Shown here piece after piece: positions 1-10,516 of a DNA stretch of 25,342 bases. The notes under the pieces are model-generated. The model was given only the letters and a program-made list of their open reading frames with translations. It ran no database searches and was not told where the DNA came from. The number at the start of each line of letters is the position of its first letter. Positions within the stretch are counted from its first letter, which is position 1. The DNA comes from an uncultured Gammaproteobacteria bacterium. GTDB taxonomy: Bacteria > Cyanobacteriota > Vampirovibrionia > Gastranaerophilales > Gastranaerophilaceae. Both the position numbers and the translations under genes were made by a program. The stretch lies in assembly GCA_964371485.1 (NCBI GenBank), contig CAYJMX010000001.1, positions 1 through 25,342 on the forward strand. The letters are read 5' to 3'.

Positions 1-130
1 TATTGATATTTTCTTCATCAATATCACAAATTGTATGAAGTGCATTTAAATTATAAAAGTTCCTTACAATGTTTCTGCCCCATATTCCACAACCAACAAC
101 GGCTACGTATTTTTGATTTTCATTTTGCAT
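1..130 (-). CDS. Gfo/Idh/MocA family NAD(P)-dependent oxidoreductase, N-terminal part (runs off left edge; absent from ORF track)
   Basis: Manual translation from ATG at 130: MQNENQKYVAVVGCGIWGRNIVRNFYNLNALHTICDIDEENIN, with Rossmann VAVVGCGxWG and ICD motifs; AGGG upstream; divergent from a glycosyltransferase gene. Confidence 0.8.
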   Translation of the reverse strand, partial: MQNENQKYVAVVGCGIWGRNIVRNFYNLNALHTICDIDEENIN

Positions 131-221
131 ATGCTTATTTACCCTAAAATCTTTCCTATATATATAATATTTAAAATAATTGAATTATTCAAGCGTCTAA
201 TTTCATGATATCATTCTTTTT

Positions 222-947
222 ATGAAAAAAAGAGCAACCATTCAAAATCTACCCATCGATATTTTATCTTACAATGATGCCGTAAAAAGCGTTTTAGATG
301 CTATTGAAAATAATAAAACTATGCAAATTGTAACTATAAACCCTGAAATGGTTATGAGTGCTCAAAAAGATGAAGAATTTAAAAAAGTTGTTAATGAATC
401 AGAGCTCATCATTGCTGATGGCTTTGGCATAAAGCTTGCTTTAAAATTTAAAAAGATTAATCAAGAGCAAATTCGAGGTGTTGATTTTTCAAAAACATTA
501 ATTGAATTGGCACATAAAAATAACTACCCAATAGCCTTTGTTGGAGCCAAAGATGAAGTCGTATCTAAACTTATTGAAAAGCTTAAAAATGATTATCCTG
601 ATATTAATATAGTGTATTCTCACAACGGTTTTTTTGAAGATGAAAATTTAATTTTAAGTGAATTAAAACAGGCATCGCCTAAGATTCTTCTAACTGCACT
701 AGGCTCACCTAGGCAAGAATTTTTTAATTACAAATCAAAAGAAATATTACAAAATTGTATAACAATAGGTGTGGGCGGTTCTTTTGATGTAATAGCCGGA
801 TGTGTTAAAAGGGCGCCTGAAATCTGGCAAAAGCTTAATCTAGAGTGGCTTTATAGAACAATTATGCAACCAGAAAGATTTAAGCGAATATTTCCCACTT
901 TGCCAATATTTGTAATAAAGAGTATAATAGATTCAATAAAAAAATAG
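222..947 (+). CDS. WecB/TagA/CpsF family glycosyltransferase (ManNAc/ManNAcA transferase-like)
   Basis: Motifs VTINPE, ADGxG, GVDF, ALGSPRQE, GVGGSFDV, RAPEIWQKLNLEWLYR. Confidence 0.93.
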   Translation: MKKRATIQNLPIDILSYNDAVKSVLDAIENNKTMQIVTINPEMVMSAQKDEEFKKVVNESELIIADGFGIKLALKFKKINQEQIRGVDFSKTLIELAHKNNYPIAFVGAKDEVVSKLIEKLKNDYPDINIVYSHNGFFEDENLILSELKQASPKILLTALGSPRQEFFNYKSKEILQNCITIGVGGSFDVIAGCVKRAPEIWQKLNLEWLYRTIMQPERFKRIFPTLPIFVIKSIIDSIKK

Positions 948-977
948 TTTAGTTATTAGTATATGAGGTAGATTGTT

Positions 978-1784
978 TTGGATAAATTTTCAAAAGATGT
1001 TAGGGTTGATATTTTAAAAATGATTCACAATTCCCAATCGGGCCACACAGGCGGCGCATTTTCTTGTACCGACATTTTAAATGCTTTGTACAACAAAGTA
1101 ATGTTTGTGCCAAAAGAGTGGAAAAAATCAGCAGATTTCAACAAAAGAGATAGATTTATTCTATCTAAAGGGCACGCTTGCCCAGCGCTTTATGCGACTT
1201 TGGCGAACTTAGGGTTTTTCTCTCGTGAAGAACTTATGACATTTAGAATTTTAGGTTCAAGATTGCAAGGTCATCCGGCTGTAAAAACAGGACTAGAAGG
1301 AATTGAAACTTCAACTGGTTCACTAGGTCAAGGCATGTCAATTGGTACAGGTATGGCTTTAGCTTTAAGATTGGATAAAAATCCAGCTAGTGTTTTTGTT
1401 TTAATGGGTGATGGCGAGATGCAAGAAGGCAGTGTTTGGGAATCTTTAATGAATGCTTCGCATCACAAATTAACAAATATTGTGCCAATTATCGATAAAA
1501 ATGGACTACAAATTGATGGAAACGTTTGTGATGTTCAAACAATTGACCCACTTGATAAAAAGCTTGAAGCTTTTGGGTATGAAGTACTAGAGGTGGATGG
1601 GCATGATGTCGAGGCGTTGGCTGATGTGTTAAACAAGGCAAAAAAATCAGATAAATTAACAGCTGTTATTGCAAAAACTGTTAAAGGAAAAGGCGTTAGC
1701 TTTATGGAAAATAACGCTGGCTGGCATGGTAAAGCACCAAATGATGAGCAACTTGCTCTAGCATTGGAGGAATTAAATGTTTAA
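978..1784 (+). CDS. Transketolase, N-terminal (TPP-binding) subunit
   Basis: SGHTGG, DRFILSKGH, LQGHP, TGSLGQG, GDGE...N TPP motif, WHGKAP; TTG start with GAGGT RBS. Confidence 0.93.
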   Translation: MDKFSKDVRVDILKMIHNSQSGHTGGAFSCTDILNALYNKVMFVPKEWKKSADFNKRDRFILSKGHACPALYATLANLGFFSREELMTFRILGSRLQGHPAVKTGLEGIETSTGSLGQGMSIGTGMALALRLDKNPASVFVLMGDGEMQEGSVWESLMNASHHKLTNIVPIIDKNGLQIDGNVCDVQTIDPLDKKLEAFGYEVLEVDGHDVEALADVLNKAKKSDKLTAVIAKTVKGKGVSFMENNAGWHGKAPNDEQLALALEELNV

Positions 1785-2724
1785 AAATGTTGATGAAGTA
1801 AAATCTTTAAGAAACGCTTATGGTGAAACGTTAGTTGAACTAGGTAAAGAAAACGAGAATGTAGTAGTTTTAGATGCGGATTTATCGTGCTCTACTCAAA
1901 CTGCTTTTTTTAAAAAAGAATTCCCAAATAGATTCTTTAACGTTGGGATATCAGAGCAAGATTTAATGACAACAGCAGCAGGCATGGCAATTGAAAATAA
2001 GATTCCTTTTGTGTCTACTTTTTCAATGTTTTGCGCTACTCGTGCTCTTGATCAAGTCAGAAATACGATTTGCTATTCAAAATTAAATGTGAAAATTGTT
2101 GGAACTCACGGTGGAATAACAGTAGGAGAAGATGGTGCGTCACATCAAGCACTAGAAGACATCGCTGCAATGCGCGCATTGCCTGATATGACAGTTATTG
2201 TTCCTTCTGATTATACTGAAGTTAAAAAGGCGATAAGATACGCTGCAGAGATATATGGACCTGTGTTCGTTAGAATTCCAAGAACAAATCTAAAGACTAT
2301 TTTTTGTGAGGATAATTACGTCTTTAATCCAGAGCGTGCCGTGAAAATTCAAGATGGAAATGATGTCACAATTGTTACAAATGGTGAAACTCTGCAAGAA
2401 GTAATTTCTTGTGTTAAAATGTTAGAAAATGATGGAATTAAAGCTGAAGTTTTACATATTCCAGTGGTGAAACCATTTTTCGCAGGCAACGATATAATCG
2501 AAAGTGCCAAAAAGACTGGCAAAGTGGTTGTTGTAGAAAATCATAGCATAATAGGCGGACTAGGTTCAGCTGTGTGCGAGACACTATCAGAGAATCACCC
2601 AACTAAAGTGTTAAGAATTGGTACAAATGATTGCTTTGGACAAAGTGGTGACGCTAAATTACTTGTAGAACTTTATGGTTTAAGTGATAATAAAATATAT
2701 GAGAGAGTGAAACAATTTATTTAA
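1777..2724 (+). CDS. Transketolase, C-terminal subunit
   Basis: LDADL, NVGISEQ, GEDGASHQ, VENH..GGLGS, FGQSG; overlaps the N-terminal gene by 8 nt with GGAGG RBS. Confidence 0.93.
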   Translation: MFKNVDEVKSLRNAYGETLVELGKENENVVVLDADLSCSTQTAFFKKEFPNRFFNVGISEQDLMTTAAGMAIENKIPFVSTFSMFCATRALDQVRNTICYSKLNVKIVGTHGGITVGEDGASHQALEDIAAMRALPDMTVIVPSDYTEVKKAIRYAAEIYGPVFVRIPRTNLKTIFCEDNYVFNPERAVKIQDGNDVTIVTNGETLQEVISCVKMLENDGIKAEVLHIPVVKPFFAGNDIIESAKKTGKVVVVENHSIIGGLGSAVCETLSENHPTKVLRIGTNDCFGQSGDAKLLVELYGLSDNKIYERVKQFI

Positions 2725-2728
2725 AGAT

Positions 2729-3403
2729 ATGATAGTAGTTAGAGATTTAATTAAACAATACAAAAACAAATTCGCATTATACAATGTCAATTTGCACATA
2801 AAACCAGGTGAGTTCGTCTTTTTAGTAGGCTCTTCTGGAGCGGGTAAATCAACATTGATGAAAATGCTTTACATGGAAGAAAAACCTACAAGAGGCAGTG
2901 TTTTAGTTGGCGGTATAAATGTCAATAGCCTTACGGCCAATAAAATTCCAAATTTAAGAAGATGCATGGGTATTGTATTTCAAGACTACAAATTGCTTCA
3001 AAATCATACAGTATATGACAACATCGCTTATGTTATAAGAACAATGGGTATTTCAACAAAAGAAATTGAAGCTCGTGTTTTTGGTGCGCTGAAAGTTGTT
3101 GGGCTTGAAGATAAATATAAATCTAAACCTTCAGAGTTATCTGGTGGTGAACAACAAAGGGTGTCTATAGCGCGCGCTATTGTAAACGGTCCACCTTTGC
3201 TTATAGCTGATGAACCAACGGGTAATCTTGATCCTAAGAACTCTATGGAAATCATGCAGATTTTAGAACAAGTCAATCAGCGCGGAATTACAATTCTTGT
3301 ATCAACTCATGACCACGCCATTGTTAATCACTTCAGAAAAAGAGTTATAACCCTTGAAAAAGGAAGAGTTATAAGGGACGTAAAGGCAGGTACTTATGAC
3401 TAA
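2729..3403 (+). CDS. ftsE: Cell division ABC ATPase FtsE
   Basis: Walker A GSSGAGKS, VFQDYKLL, LSGGEQQRVSIARA, ADEPTGNLDP; followed by ftsX. Confidence 0.95.
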   Translation: MIVVRDLIKQYKNKFALYNVNLHIKPGEFVFLVGSSGAGKSTLMKMLYMEEKPTRGSVLVGGINVNSLTANKIPNLRRCMGIVFQDYKLLQNHTVYDNIAYVIRTMGISTKEIEARVFGALKVVGLEDKYKSKPSELSGGEQQRVSIARAIVNGPPLLIADEPTGNLDPKNSMEIMQILEQVNQRGITILVSTHDHAIVNHFRKRVITLEKGRVIRDVKAGTYD

Positions 3404-4316
3404 ATATAAAGGTTCAAAAGCAAGCAGAATTAAACAGAAACTGAAATCTCACTTGCCAAAAGATTGGCTTACTGAGATAAGAATAGCGTATAGAATTCTA
3501 ATGGAAACGGGAAAAGGCATAGCGCAAGCTGGCTTTATTAACATTGCAATCATTACAACTATGGCTGCAATATTAACCATTTTTGGTGCCATTTTTAGAA
3601 CAACGCTAAGTGTGTCTTCAATGGTTACTTCAATGGGTAATGTGCTTGAAATTTCTGCGTATCTTGATAAAGATGCTGAAGCAAAAGAAATTGTATCTGA
3701 AATTAAGCAAATTAAGCATGTTGATAGAATTAAATTTATCCCAAAGGAAACTTCTTGGGAAGAATTAAAAAGGGATATAATCGTTCCAGATTTATCTAAC
3801 CCACTGCCTGATACATTACATATTAAAGTTGATAGACCAGAGAATATTGAATATGTAATGAATTTGGTGAAACCTATATCTGGAGTTAAAGATCTAAGCT
3901 ATGCCAAGGATTTAGTTTCTAAGTTTCAAATGATTAATAAAATATCGCACACGATTACTCTTGTTGTAGTAATTATTGCCTGTATTTTGACAATAGCAAT
4001 CATAAACAATACAATAGAGCTGGTAATACAATCAAGAAAAGAAGAGATAGAGATAATGCGCTTAATGGGTGTTTCTAATTGGTATATAAAATCTCCTCTT
4101 GTGCTACAGGGCGCGATATATGGGTTTATCGGTGCAGTGATTTCAATAATTCCAATAAATATAATTCAGACGTATTTGCAAAAAGTACACGAGCACTTTA
4201 TGATGCCAGCATATGCGTACTCGCAGCCACTTGTTGTATTCTCAATCCTAATTGTAGGTGTACTATTTGCCGCTGGCGGTAGTTTCATAAGTATTAAAAA
4301 ACATATTCAGGTATAA
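3396..4316 (+). CDS. ftsX: Cell division permease FtsX
   Basis: TM1, extracytoplasmic domain (NPLPD), three further TMs, INNTI..RKEEIEIMRLMG..WYIKSP motif; overlaps ftsE by 8 nt. Confidence 0.93.
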   Translation: MTKYKGSKASRIKQKLKSHLPKDWLTEIRIAYRILMETGKGIAQAGFINIAIITTMAAILTIFGAIFRTTLSVSSMVTSMGNVLEISAYLDKDAEAKEIVSEIKQIKHVDRIKFIPKETSWEELKRDIIVPDLSNPLPDTLHIKVDRPENIEYVMNLVKPISGVKDLSYAKDLVSKFQMINKISHTITLVVVIIACILTIAIINNTIELVIQSRKEEIEIMRLMGVSNWYIKSPLVLQGAIYGFIGAVISIIPINIIQTYLQKVHEHFMMPAYAYSQPLVVFSILIVGVLFAAGGSFISIKKHIQV

Positions 4317-4324
4317 GGAAATAG

Positions 4325-5146
4325 ATGGATATAAACAAATTAGATGCTCAACAGCTAGTGGATGAATTTAATGAAATTCCGCCAATGCCAAATGTTATGG
4401 TAAAGGCGCTTGATGTCATTAAAAATCCTCAAACAGGAATTAATGAACTGACGCAAATCATGTCAGTCGATCAATCAATTTCAACTAAAACATTAAGCCT
4501 TGTTAATTCTGCTTATTATGGCTATTCTCAACAGATAACATCTATTTCAAAGGCGCTTGTTATCTTGGGAATGATGAAAGCCAAAAACATCGTTATGTCT
4601 CTTGCAATGAGGCAAATGATGTCATCTCAAGGTTCTAGAGAGTTGTGGGAGCATTCTATAAAATGTGCCATAGCATCAGAATTACTTGCACAGGAATATA
4701 AAGTTATAAACCCAGATGACGCTTTTGTTATTGGTTTTTTACATGATATAGGTAAAATTCTTTTAAATACAAAAAATCCGATTAAATATTCAAAGGTTAG
4801 ATACGCTATTCAGCAAGGTACGGCCGGAATATTAGAAGTTGAAGATTCTTTCTTTGGGACAAATCATTGCGTGTTAGGTGCTATGGTATGTAAAAAGTGG
4901 AATTTGCCTGTTATTTTAACAAATTGTGTAAGGCATCACCATAATCCAGCTCAGTCTTCTATGCCACTAGCTTGCGCTATGATTTATATGGCAGACAGGC
5001 TTGTGCAATCTCAACCTGTTAATCCAATTTTTGATCCAAATATTTTAGATGCTCTTGATATTCAAGTAAATGATCCGATTGGGCTTAGAGAAAATATCCT
5101 GCAAAAGGCGAATATATTTTTAAAAGAAATGACAGCTGGAGTTTAA
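4325..5146 (+). CDS. Stand-alone HDOD domain protein (HD superfamily)
   Basis: [47 protein letters not shown]. Confidence 0.9.
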   Translation: MDINKLDAQQLVDEFNEIPPMPNVMVKALDVIKNPQTGINELTQIMSVDQSISTKTLSLVNSAYYGYSQQITSISKALVILGMMKAKNIVMSLAMRQMMSSQGSRELWEHSIKCAIASELLAQEYKVINPDDAFVIGFLHDIGKILLNTKNPIKYSKVRYAIQQGTAGILEVEDSFFGTNHCVLGAMVCKKWNLPVILTNCVRHHHNPAQSSMPLACAMIYMADRLVQSQPVNPIFDPNILDALDIQVNDPIGLRENILQKANIFLKEMTAGV

Positions 5147-6237
5147 AATAAACCCATTTGACCGTTTTCATTTTGAAATTTAATTCCAAGGTGTTGATAC
5201 GCCAATTTTGTTACGCATCTGCCCCTGTTTGTTCTTGACAGAAGTCCTTTTTGCAATAAATATGGCTCATAAACATCTTCAATTGTTTTTAAATCTTCGC
5301 CCAGTGCCACAGAGAGTGTTTCAACTCCAACTGGCCCGCCGTTATAATTTTCTATAATTAATCTCAATAGTTCTCTATCTGTGTTATCAAGCCCAATGTT
5401 GTCAATACACAGTGAGTCCAAAGCTTCATTTGCAATTTGTTTTGTGATTTTGCCATCATATTTTACTAAAGCGTAATCGGCACATCTTTTAATAAGCCTA
5501 TTTGCTATTCTTGGAGTAAAGCGAGAACGTGTCGCCACCTCTAAAGTTGCATTGTCTTCAATATCTATGTTTAAAATTCCAGCACTTCTTTTTACCACTT
5601 GAGCCAGTTGTTCATTTGTATAAAATTCTAACCTATGAATAATTCCAAATCTATCTCGAAGTGGGCCCGATAGCGCTCCTGCTTTTGTTGTTGCGCCAAT
5701 TAATGTGAATTTTTTAACAGGCACTCTCATTGTTTTTACACTTTGATTTTTCCCTGTTGTAAGGTCAATAAAAAAATCCTCCATAGCTGGATACAGTATC
5801 TCTTCTGCGACTTTGTTTAGCCTGTGAATTTCATCGATAAATAAAATCTCACCCTCTTTAAGTGACATTAAAATCCCAATAATATCTCTTGGGCGCTCAA
5901 GTGCTGGAGCGGAGGTTATTTTTATATTTACCCCTATTTCATTGGCTACAACACTAGCCAAGGTGGTTTTTCCTAGACCTGCTGAACCGTAAAAAAGTAA
6001 ATGGTCTAATGCTACATTTCTTTTCTTACTTGCTTCAATAGAGATTTTTAATGTTGATTTTAATGAGTCTTGTCCGATATATTCATTAAATGTTTTGGGC
6101 CTAATATTTGTTTCATAGCTTCTATCGTACTCTAGTTCTTCTTTGTTTAAATTTTTTGAACGATTATGAGAGTCGGCTGAAGCTTGTAGCTTAGCCGACT
6201 TTTTCTCATTATTATCATTATCGTTTGATATAATCAT
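5143..6237 (-). CDS. ruvB: Holliday junction branch migration helicase RuvB
   Basis: [64 protein letters not shown]. Confidence 0.97.
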   Translation of the reverse strand: MIISNDNDNNEKKSAKLQASADSHNRSKNLNKEELEYDRSYETNIRPKTFNEYIGQDSLKSTLKISIEASKKRNVALDHLLFYGSAGLGKTTLASVVANEIGVNIKITSAPALERPRDIIGILMSLKEGEILFIDEIHRLNKVAEEILYPAMEDFFIDLTTGKNQSVKTMRVPVKKFTLIGATTKAGALSGPLRDRFGIIHRLEFYTNEQLAQVVKRSAGILNIDIEDNATLEVATRSRFTPRIANRLIKRCADYALVKYDGKITKQIANEALDSLCIDNIGLDNTDRELLRLIIENYNGGPVGVETLSVALGEDLKTIEDVYEPYLLQKGLLSRTNRGRCVTKLAYQHLGIKFQNENGQMGLF

Positions 6238-6243
6238 AAGTTA

Positions 6244-7563
6244 TTAATTTAAGTACCTAAAGTATACATAAACTGTACTCATCGCAAGAGCGATTAGTGT
6301 GGTTGCTATACCGTATTTCATAAATCCTAAGAATGAAATCGGATGACCTTGCTTTGCAGCATTTTCACTAACAATAACGTTTGCCGCAGCACCGATGATT
6401 GTTAAGTTTCCACCTAAACAAGCACCAAGAGATAAACTCCACCATAGTGGTGTTGTGTATTGAGCGCCCATTGTAGCTTGAATTTCAGCTAGCATTGGAG
6501 CCATTGTCGCTGTGTATGGAATGTTATCAATAATACCTGATAAAATACCAGAAGCCCAAAGCATAATGTATGCTGTAGCGCTTTGAGAGCCGTTAGTTAC
6601 TTCAAGCAGCCAGTTTGCCATAATGTGGATACCACCAGAAGCTTCTAAGCCACCAATGATGATGAATAAGCCAACGAAGAAGAAAATAGTATTCCACTCA
6701 ACATCAGCTAAAACGTGCGATGGTTTTTCAAATATTAATAATATAGCCGCACCAATCATTGCAATTAAGAATGTTGGAATGTGCGTGATATCGTGCGCCA
6801 TAAAGCCTAGAATAACAAGCAATAATACCGTTCCAGATCTAATAGCAAGTGCTTTATCTTTAATTGAACCTGAGTTGTCAATTTGTGCCACTAGATCCAT
6901 TTTTTCTTGTGATGTTACAAGGTCTTTTCTGAACATAAATGTTAAAAGCGCAATTACAACACCAAAGATTAATACAACAATTAGAGATAATTCTCTTACA
7001 AAGTCCATAAAGCTGAAGTTAGCCGCTGAACCAATAATGATGTTTGGAGGATCTCCAATTAATGTTGCTGTTCCACCAATGTTTGAACAGATAATTTCTG
7101 TAATTAAAAATGGTACAGGGTTAAGATCAAGTTTTTTACAAACTGCAAATGTGATTGGCATTACAAGGATAACTGTTGTTACGTTGTCTAAAAACGCACT
7201 AGCAATTGCTGTAAAGACAGCCAAAGAGAATAAAACTAATTTCGGTTGACCTTTTGTGTGTTTTAAAATCTCGTTTGCCATCCATTTGAACATGCCTGAT
7301 TTAGCTGCGATGTGAACAATGATCATCATTGATACAAGTAAGAAAATTACGTTGAAATCAATAAAGTTGATAAAATATTCATGTAGCCCTTTTGTTGTCT
7401 TGTCACATTGAACAAGCCCTAAAAATAAAGTAACACATGCGCCTAAAAGTGCGATTGTTACTTTTGAAATTTTTTCCCAAGCAATAAAAACATAAGATAC
7501 TAAAAGTATTATAGTAGCTATCATTATGTTGTTTTGCTCTGTGAAACCGTGTAAGAATTCCAT
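6244..7563 (-). CDS. ArsB/NhaD (ion transporter superfamily) permease
   Basis: Highly hydrophobic 439 aa; SAFLDNVTTV, NIGGTATLIGDPPNIII, IIDNIP, LGGNLTIIGAAAN; GAGGAG RBS. Substrate cannot be assigned. Confidence 0.88.
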   Translation of the reverse strand: MEFLHGFTEQNNIMIATIILLVSYVFIAWEKISKVTIALLGACVTLFLGLVQCDKTTKGLHEYFINFIDFNVIFLLVSMMIIVHIAAKSGMFKWMANEILKHTKGQPKLVLFSLAVFTAIASAFLDNVTTVILVMPITFAVCKKLDLNPVPFLITEIICSNIGGTATLIGDPPNIIIGSAANFSFMDFVRELSLIVVLIFGVVIALLTFMFRKDLVTSQEKMDLVAQIDNSGSIKDKALAIRSGTVLLLVILGFMAHDITHIPTFLIAMIGAAILLIFEKPSHVLADVEWNTIFFFVGLFIIIGGLEASGGIHIMANWLLEVTNGSQSATAYIMLWASGILSGIIDNIPYTATMAPMLAEIQATMGAQYTTPLWWSLSLGACLGGNLTIIGAAANVIVSENAAKQGHPISFLGFMKYGIATTLIALAMSTVYVYFRYLN

Positions 7564-7696
7564 ATTCCACTCCTCATTAAATACTCAATGTATATAATTT
7601 TATCCCATAAAGATTAATAGTCAAAGGCGCAATTAAATTTCTCATGTCTTCTTTTTATGATAATATTTAAAATAAGAATCATATTATGGAGAGTTT

Positions 7697-10507
7697 ATGA
7701 GTTTAGTTGATATATTATTAAAGGTTTTTAAAGACCCAAACGATAGAAAAGTTAACAGGGTTATGCCAATTGTGGAGCATATTAACGCACTTGAGCCTGA
7801 ATATTGCGCCATGAGTGATGAGCAACTTAAGGCAAAAACTATTGAATTTAAAGAAATTATCGCTAAACGTGCAACATCCACTGACATTAAAAAAGATAGA
7901 GAATTAGAAAAGCAAACTCTTGATATGCTTTTACCTGAAGCGTTTGCAACTGTGCGTGAAGTTGGAAAACGTGTATTAAATATGCGCCATTTTGACGTGC
8001 AACTTGTAGGTGGGATATTTCTACATGAGGGTCATATCGCTCAAATGAGAACAGGTGAAGGTAAAACTCTTGTAGCCACTCTTCCTGCTTATCTTAACGC
8101 GTTAACGGGCAAGGGAGTTCATATAATTACTGTTAATGATTATCTAGCTAAGCGTGATAGAGATTGGATGGGCAGAATATTTGAATTCCTTGGTCTAAGC
8201 GTTGGCGTTATTTTATCTGGATATCACGATTTTGAAACTAAAAAAGCAGCTTATGCTTGCGACATTACATATGGTACAAATAATGAATTCGGTTTTGATT
8301 ATCTGCGTGACAATATGGCATCATCTTTAGATGGGCTTGTTCAAAGACCATACAATTACGCTATTATTGATGAGGTCGATTCTATTTTAATTGATGAGGC
8401 GAGAACTCCATTAATTATCTCTGGTCGTCTTGAAAAGTCTGCTCAAACATATTTAACTATGTCAAAAGTTGCACCTCAGCTTGAAAAAGAGAAGCATTAT
8501 GAAGTGGATGAAAAGAATAAAAATATCATTTTAACTGAAGATGGTATAGATAAAGCATGTGCACTTTTAGATGTTGAAGATCTTTTTGATATTGAAACTC
8601 AATACGCGCATCATCTATTGCAAGCGCTTAAAGCAAAAGAATTGTTTGTTAAAGATACTGATTATGTAATTAAAGACAATCAAATTATGATAGTTGATGA
8701 GTTCACTGGAAGGCTTATGGAAGGCCGCCGCTGGTCAGATGGTCTTCATCAGGCGGTTGAAGCTAAAGAAGGTGTTAAAATTCAAGATGAAACTCAAACG
8801 CTAGCCAGCATTACTTTTCAAAATTTATTTAGATTATATCCAAAGCTATCAGGCATGACAGGGACGGCAATGACAGAGGAAGCTGAATTTGGAAAAATAT
8901 ACAGCCTACCTTGTACAGCTATTCCTACAAATAAACCTGATCAAAGAAAAAATTACGCCGATGTAATTTATAAAACTGTGCCTATGAAATATTTTCAAGT
9001 TGCAAATGAAATTGAGGTAATAACAAAAACTGGTCGCCCGATTTTAGTTGGTACAATAAGTATTGAAAAATCAGAATACTTATCAGCTTTACTTAATAAA
9101 AAAGGCATTAAGCACAATGTGTTAAACGCTAAGCACCACTTAAAAGAAGCGTATATTATCGCCCAAGCTGGAAGAATTGGAGCAGTCACCATTGCAACAA
9201 ATATGGCAGGTCGTGGTACTGATATTCTACTTGGTGGTAACAGTGAATACCTTGCTAAAGAAGAACTTGATGATAAGGGTATTACTCCAGAATTTGAAAA
9301 TTATGAAACATTAAAAGCGCAAGCGCTTGAAAATGCGATAAAAATTACTGAAGCGGAGCATAAAAAAGTTATTGAACTGGGCGGATTGCACGTAATCGGT
9401 ACAGAACGACACGAATCTCGCCGTATTGATAATCAATTAAGGGGTCGTGCTGCTCGTCAAGGTGACCCTGGTTCTACAAAGTTCTTTTTATCTCTTGAAG
9501 ATGATTTAATGAGAATATTTGGCGGAGAAAGAATCGCCGCTCTTATGAATATGTTAAATGTTGAAGAGGATATGTCGATTGAGAACCCTCTTATAACAAG
9601 GCAAATTGAATCCGCGCAAAAGAAAGTTGAAACTTATCACTTTGATATAAGAAAAAGCGTATTGGAGTATGATGATGTAATTAATGTTCAGCGTGAAAAG
9701 TTCTATATGCAAAGAAAACAAGTTCTTGCTTCTTCTGATTTAAAAGCGCATATCGATTTTATGATGAAAAAAGAAGTGGATAAAATTTTATCTCAATATA
9801 TATCTAAAGATATGTCATCAGCTGAATATGTGCCTGATGATATTAAAATGATGATATCTGAAATTCATTCTGTTTTCCCACAAGTTGAAGAATTTGGCGA
9901 AAATGATATTAAAGAAAAAAGATATGAAGAAATCTCAAACAATTTAAAATCACTTGTTGAAAATGCTTATAAAAATATGGAAATAAATTCTGTTAAAGGA
10001 TTTAATGAAGTTATGGCAAAATATGGCGATGCTGATTATGTTCCTCAAGAAGCTTTTTCTGATAACAATGTTATGAGAGTGCTAGAGCGCGATATTTTAC
10101 TTCAAATTATTGATTCAAAATGGATTGATCATTTAAATAATGTTGATACGCTTAAAGATTCAATCGGGCTTGTGGCGTATGGCCAAAAAGACCCACTCAT
10201 TGAGTATAAAAAAGAAGCTTATAATTTATTTAATTCGATGATGTCAGAGATTCAATCTGAAACAATAAGGCACATTTTTAGAGCGCGCTTTGGAGTGCAA
10301 ATTGTTGATAATCGCAATTTAACACTTGATGAGGCTATGCAAAATGAAACTGAAACCCAGCTTACAAAGGCGTTAGAAAATGCTTCTTCAAATCATCCAG
10401 AAGAAAATTTAAATGAAGATGCTTCACTTGCTGAAAAAATCGGAAGAAATGACCCTTGTCCTTGTGGTAGTGGGAAAAAGTTTAAAAAATGTTGTGGAGC
10501 TAATTAA
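7697..10507 (+). CDS. secA: Preprotein translocase ATPase SecA
   Basis: MRTGEGKT, DEVDSILIDEARTPLIISG, ATNMAGRGTDI, ERHESRRIDNQLRGR, C-terminal SEC-C zinc motif GRNDPCPCGSGKKFKKCC. Confidence 0.99.
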   Translation: MSLVDILLKVFKDPNDRKVNRVMPIVEHINALEPEYCAMSDEQLKAKTIEFKEIIAKRATSTDIKKDRELEKQTLDMLLPEAFATVREVGKRVLNMRHFDVQLVGGIFLHEGHIAQMRTGEGKTLVATLPAYLNALTGKGVHIITVNDYLAKRDRDWMGRIFEFLGLSVGVILSGYHDFETKKAAYACDITYGTNNEFGFDYLRDNMASSLDGLVQRPYNYAIIDEVDSILIDEARTPLIISGRLEKSAQTYLTMSKVAPQLEKEKHYEVDEKNKNIILTEDGIDKACALLDVEDLFDIETQYAHHLLQALKAKELFVKDTDYVIKDNQIMIVDEFTGRLMEGRRWSDGLHQAVEAKEGVKIQDETQTLASITFQNLFRLYPKLSGMTGTAMTEEAEFGKIYSLPCTAIPTNKPDQRKNYADVIYKTVPMKYFQVANEIEVITKTGRPILVGTISIEKSEYLSALLNKKGIKHNVLNAKHHLKEAYIIAQAGRIGAVTIATNMAGRGTDILLGGNSEYLAKEELDDKGITPEFENYETLKAQALENAIKITEAEHKKVIELGGLHVIGTERHESRRIDNQLRGRAARQGDPGSTKFFLSLEDDLMRIFGGERIAALMNMLNVEEDMSIENPLITRQIESAQKKVETYHFDIRKSVLEYDDVINVQREKFYMQRKQVLASSDLKAHIDFMMKKEVDKILSQYISKDMSSAEYVPDDIKMMISEIHSVFPQVEEFGENDIKEKRYEEISNNLKSLVENAYKNMEINSVKGFNEVMAKYGDADYVPQEAFSDNNVMRVLERDILLQIIDSKWIDHLNNVDTLKDSIGLVAYGQKDPLIEYKKEAYNLFNSMMSEIQSETIRHIFRARFGVQIVDNRNLTLDEAMQNETETQLTKALENASSNHPEENLNEDASLAEKIGRNDPCPCGSGKKFKKCCGAN

Positions 10508-10516
10508 TTTAACCAT

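Noticed and set aside
978..2724. Frameshifted transketolase pseudogene
   Set aside because: Two-gene transketolases are common; the second part has its own GGAGG RBS and both halves have complete motifs.
8042..8044. SecA IAQMRTGEGKT instead of IAEM(K/R)TGEGKT
   Set aside because: Single conservative change next to an intact Walker A; all other motifs are normal.
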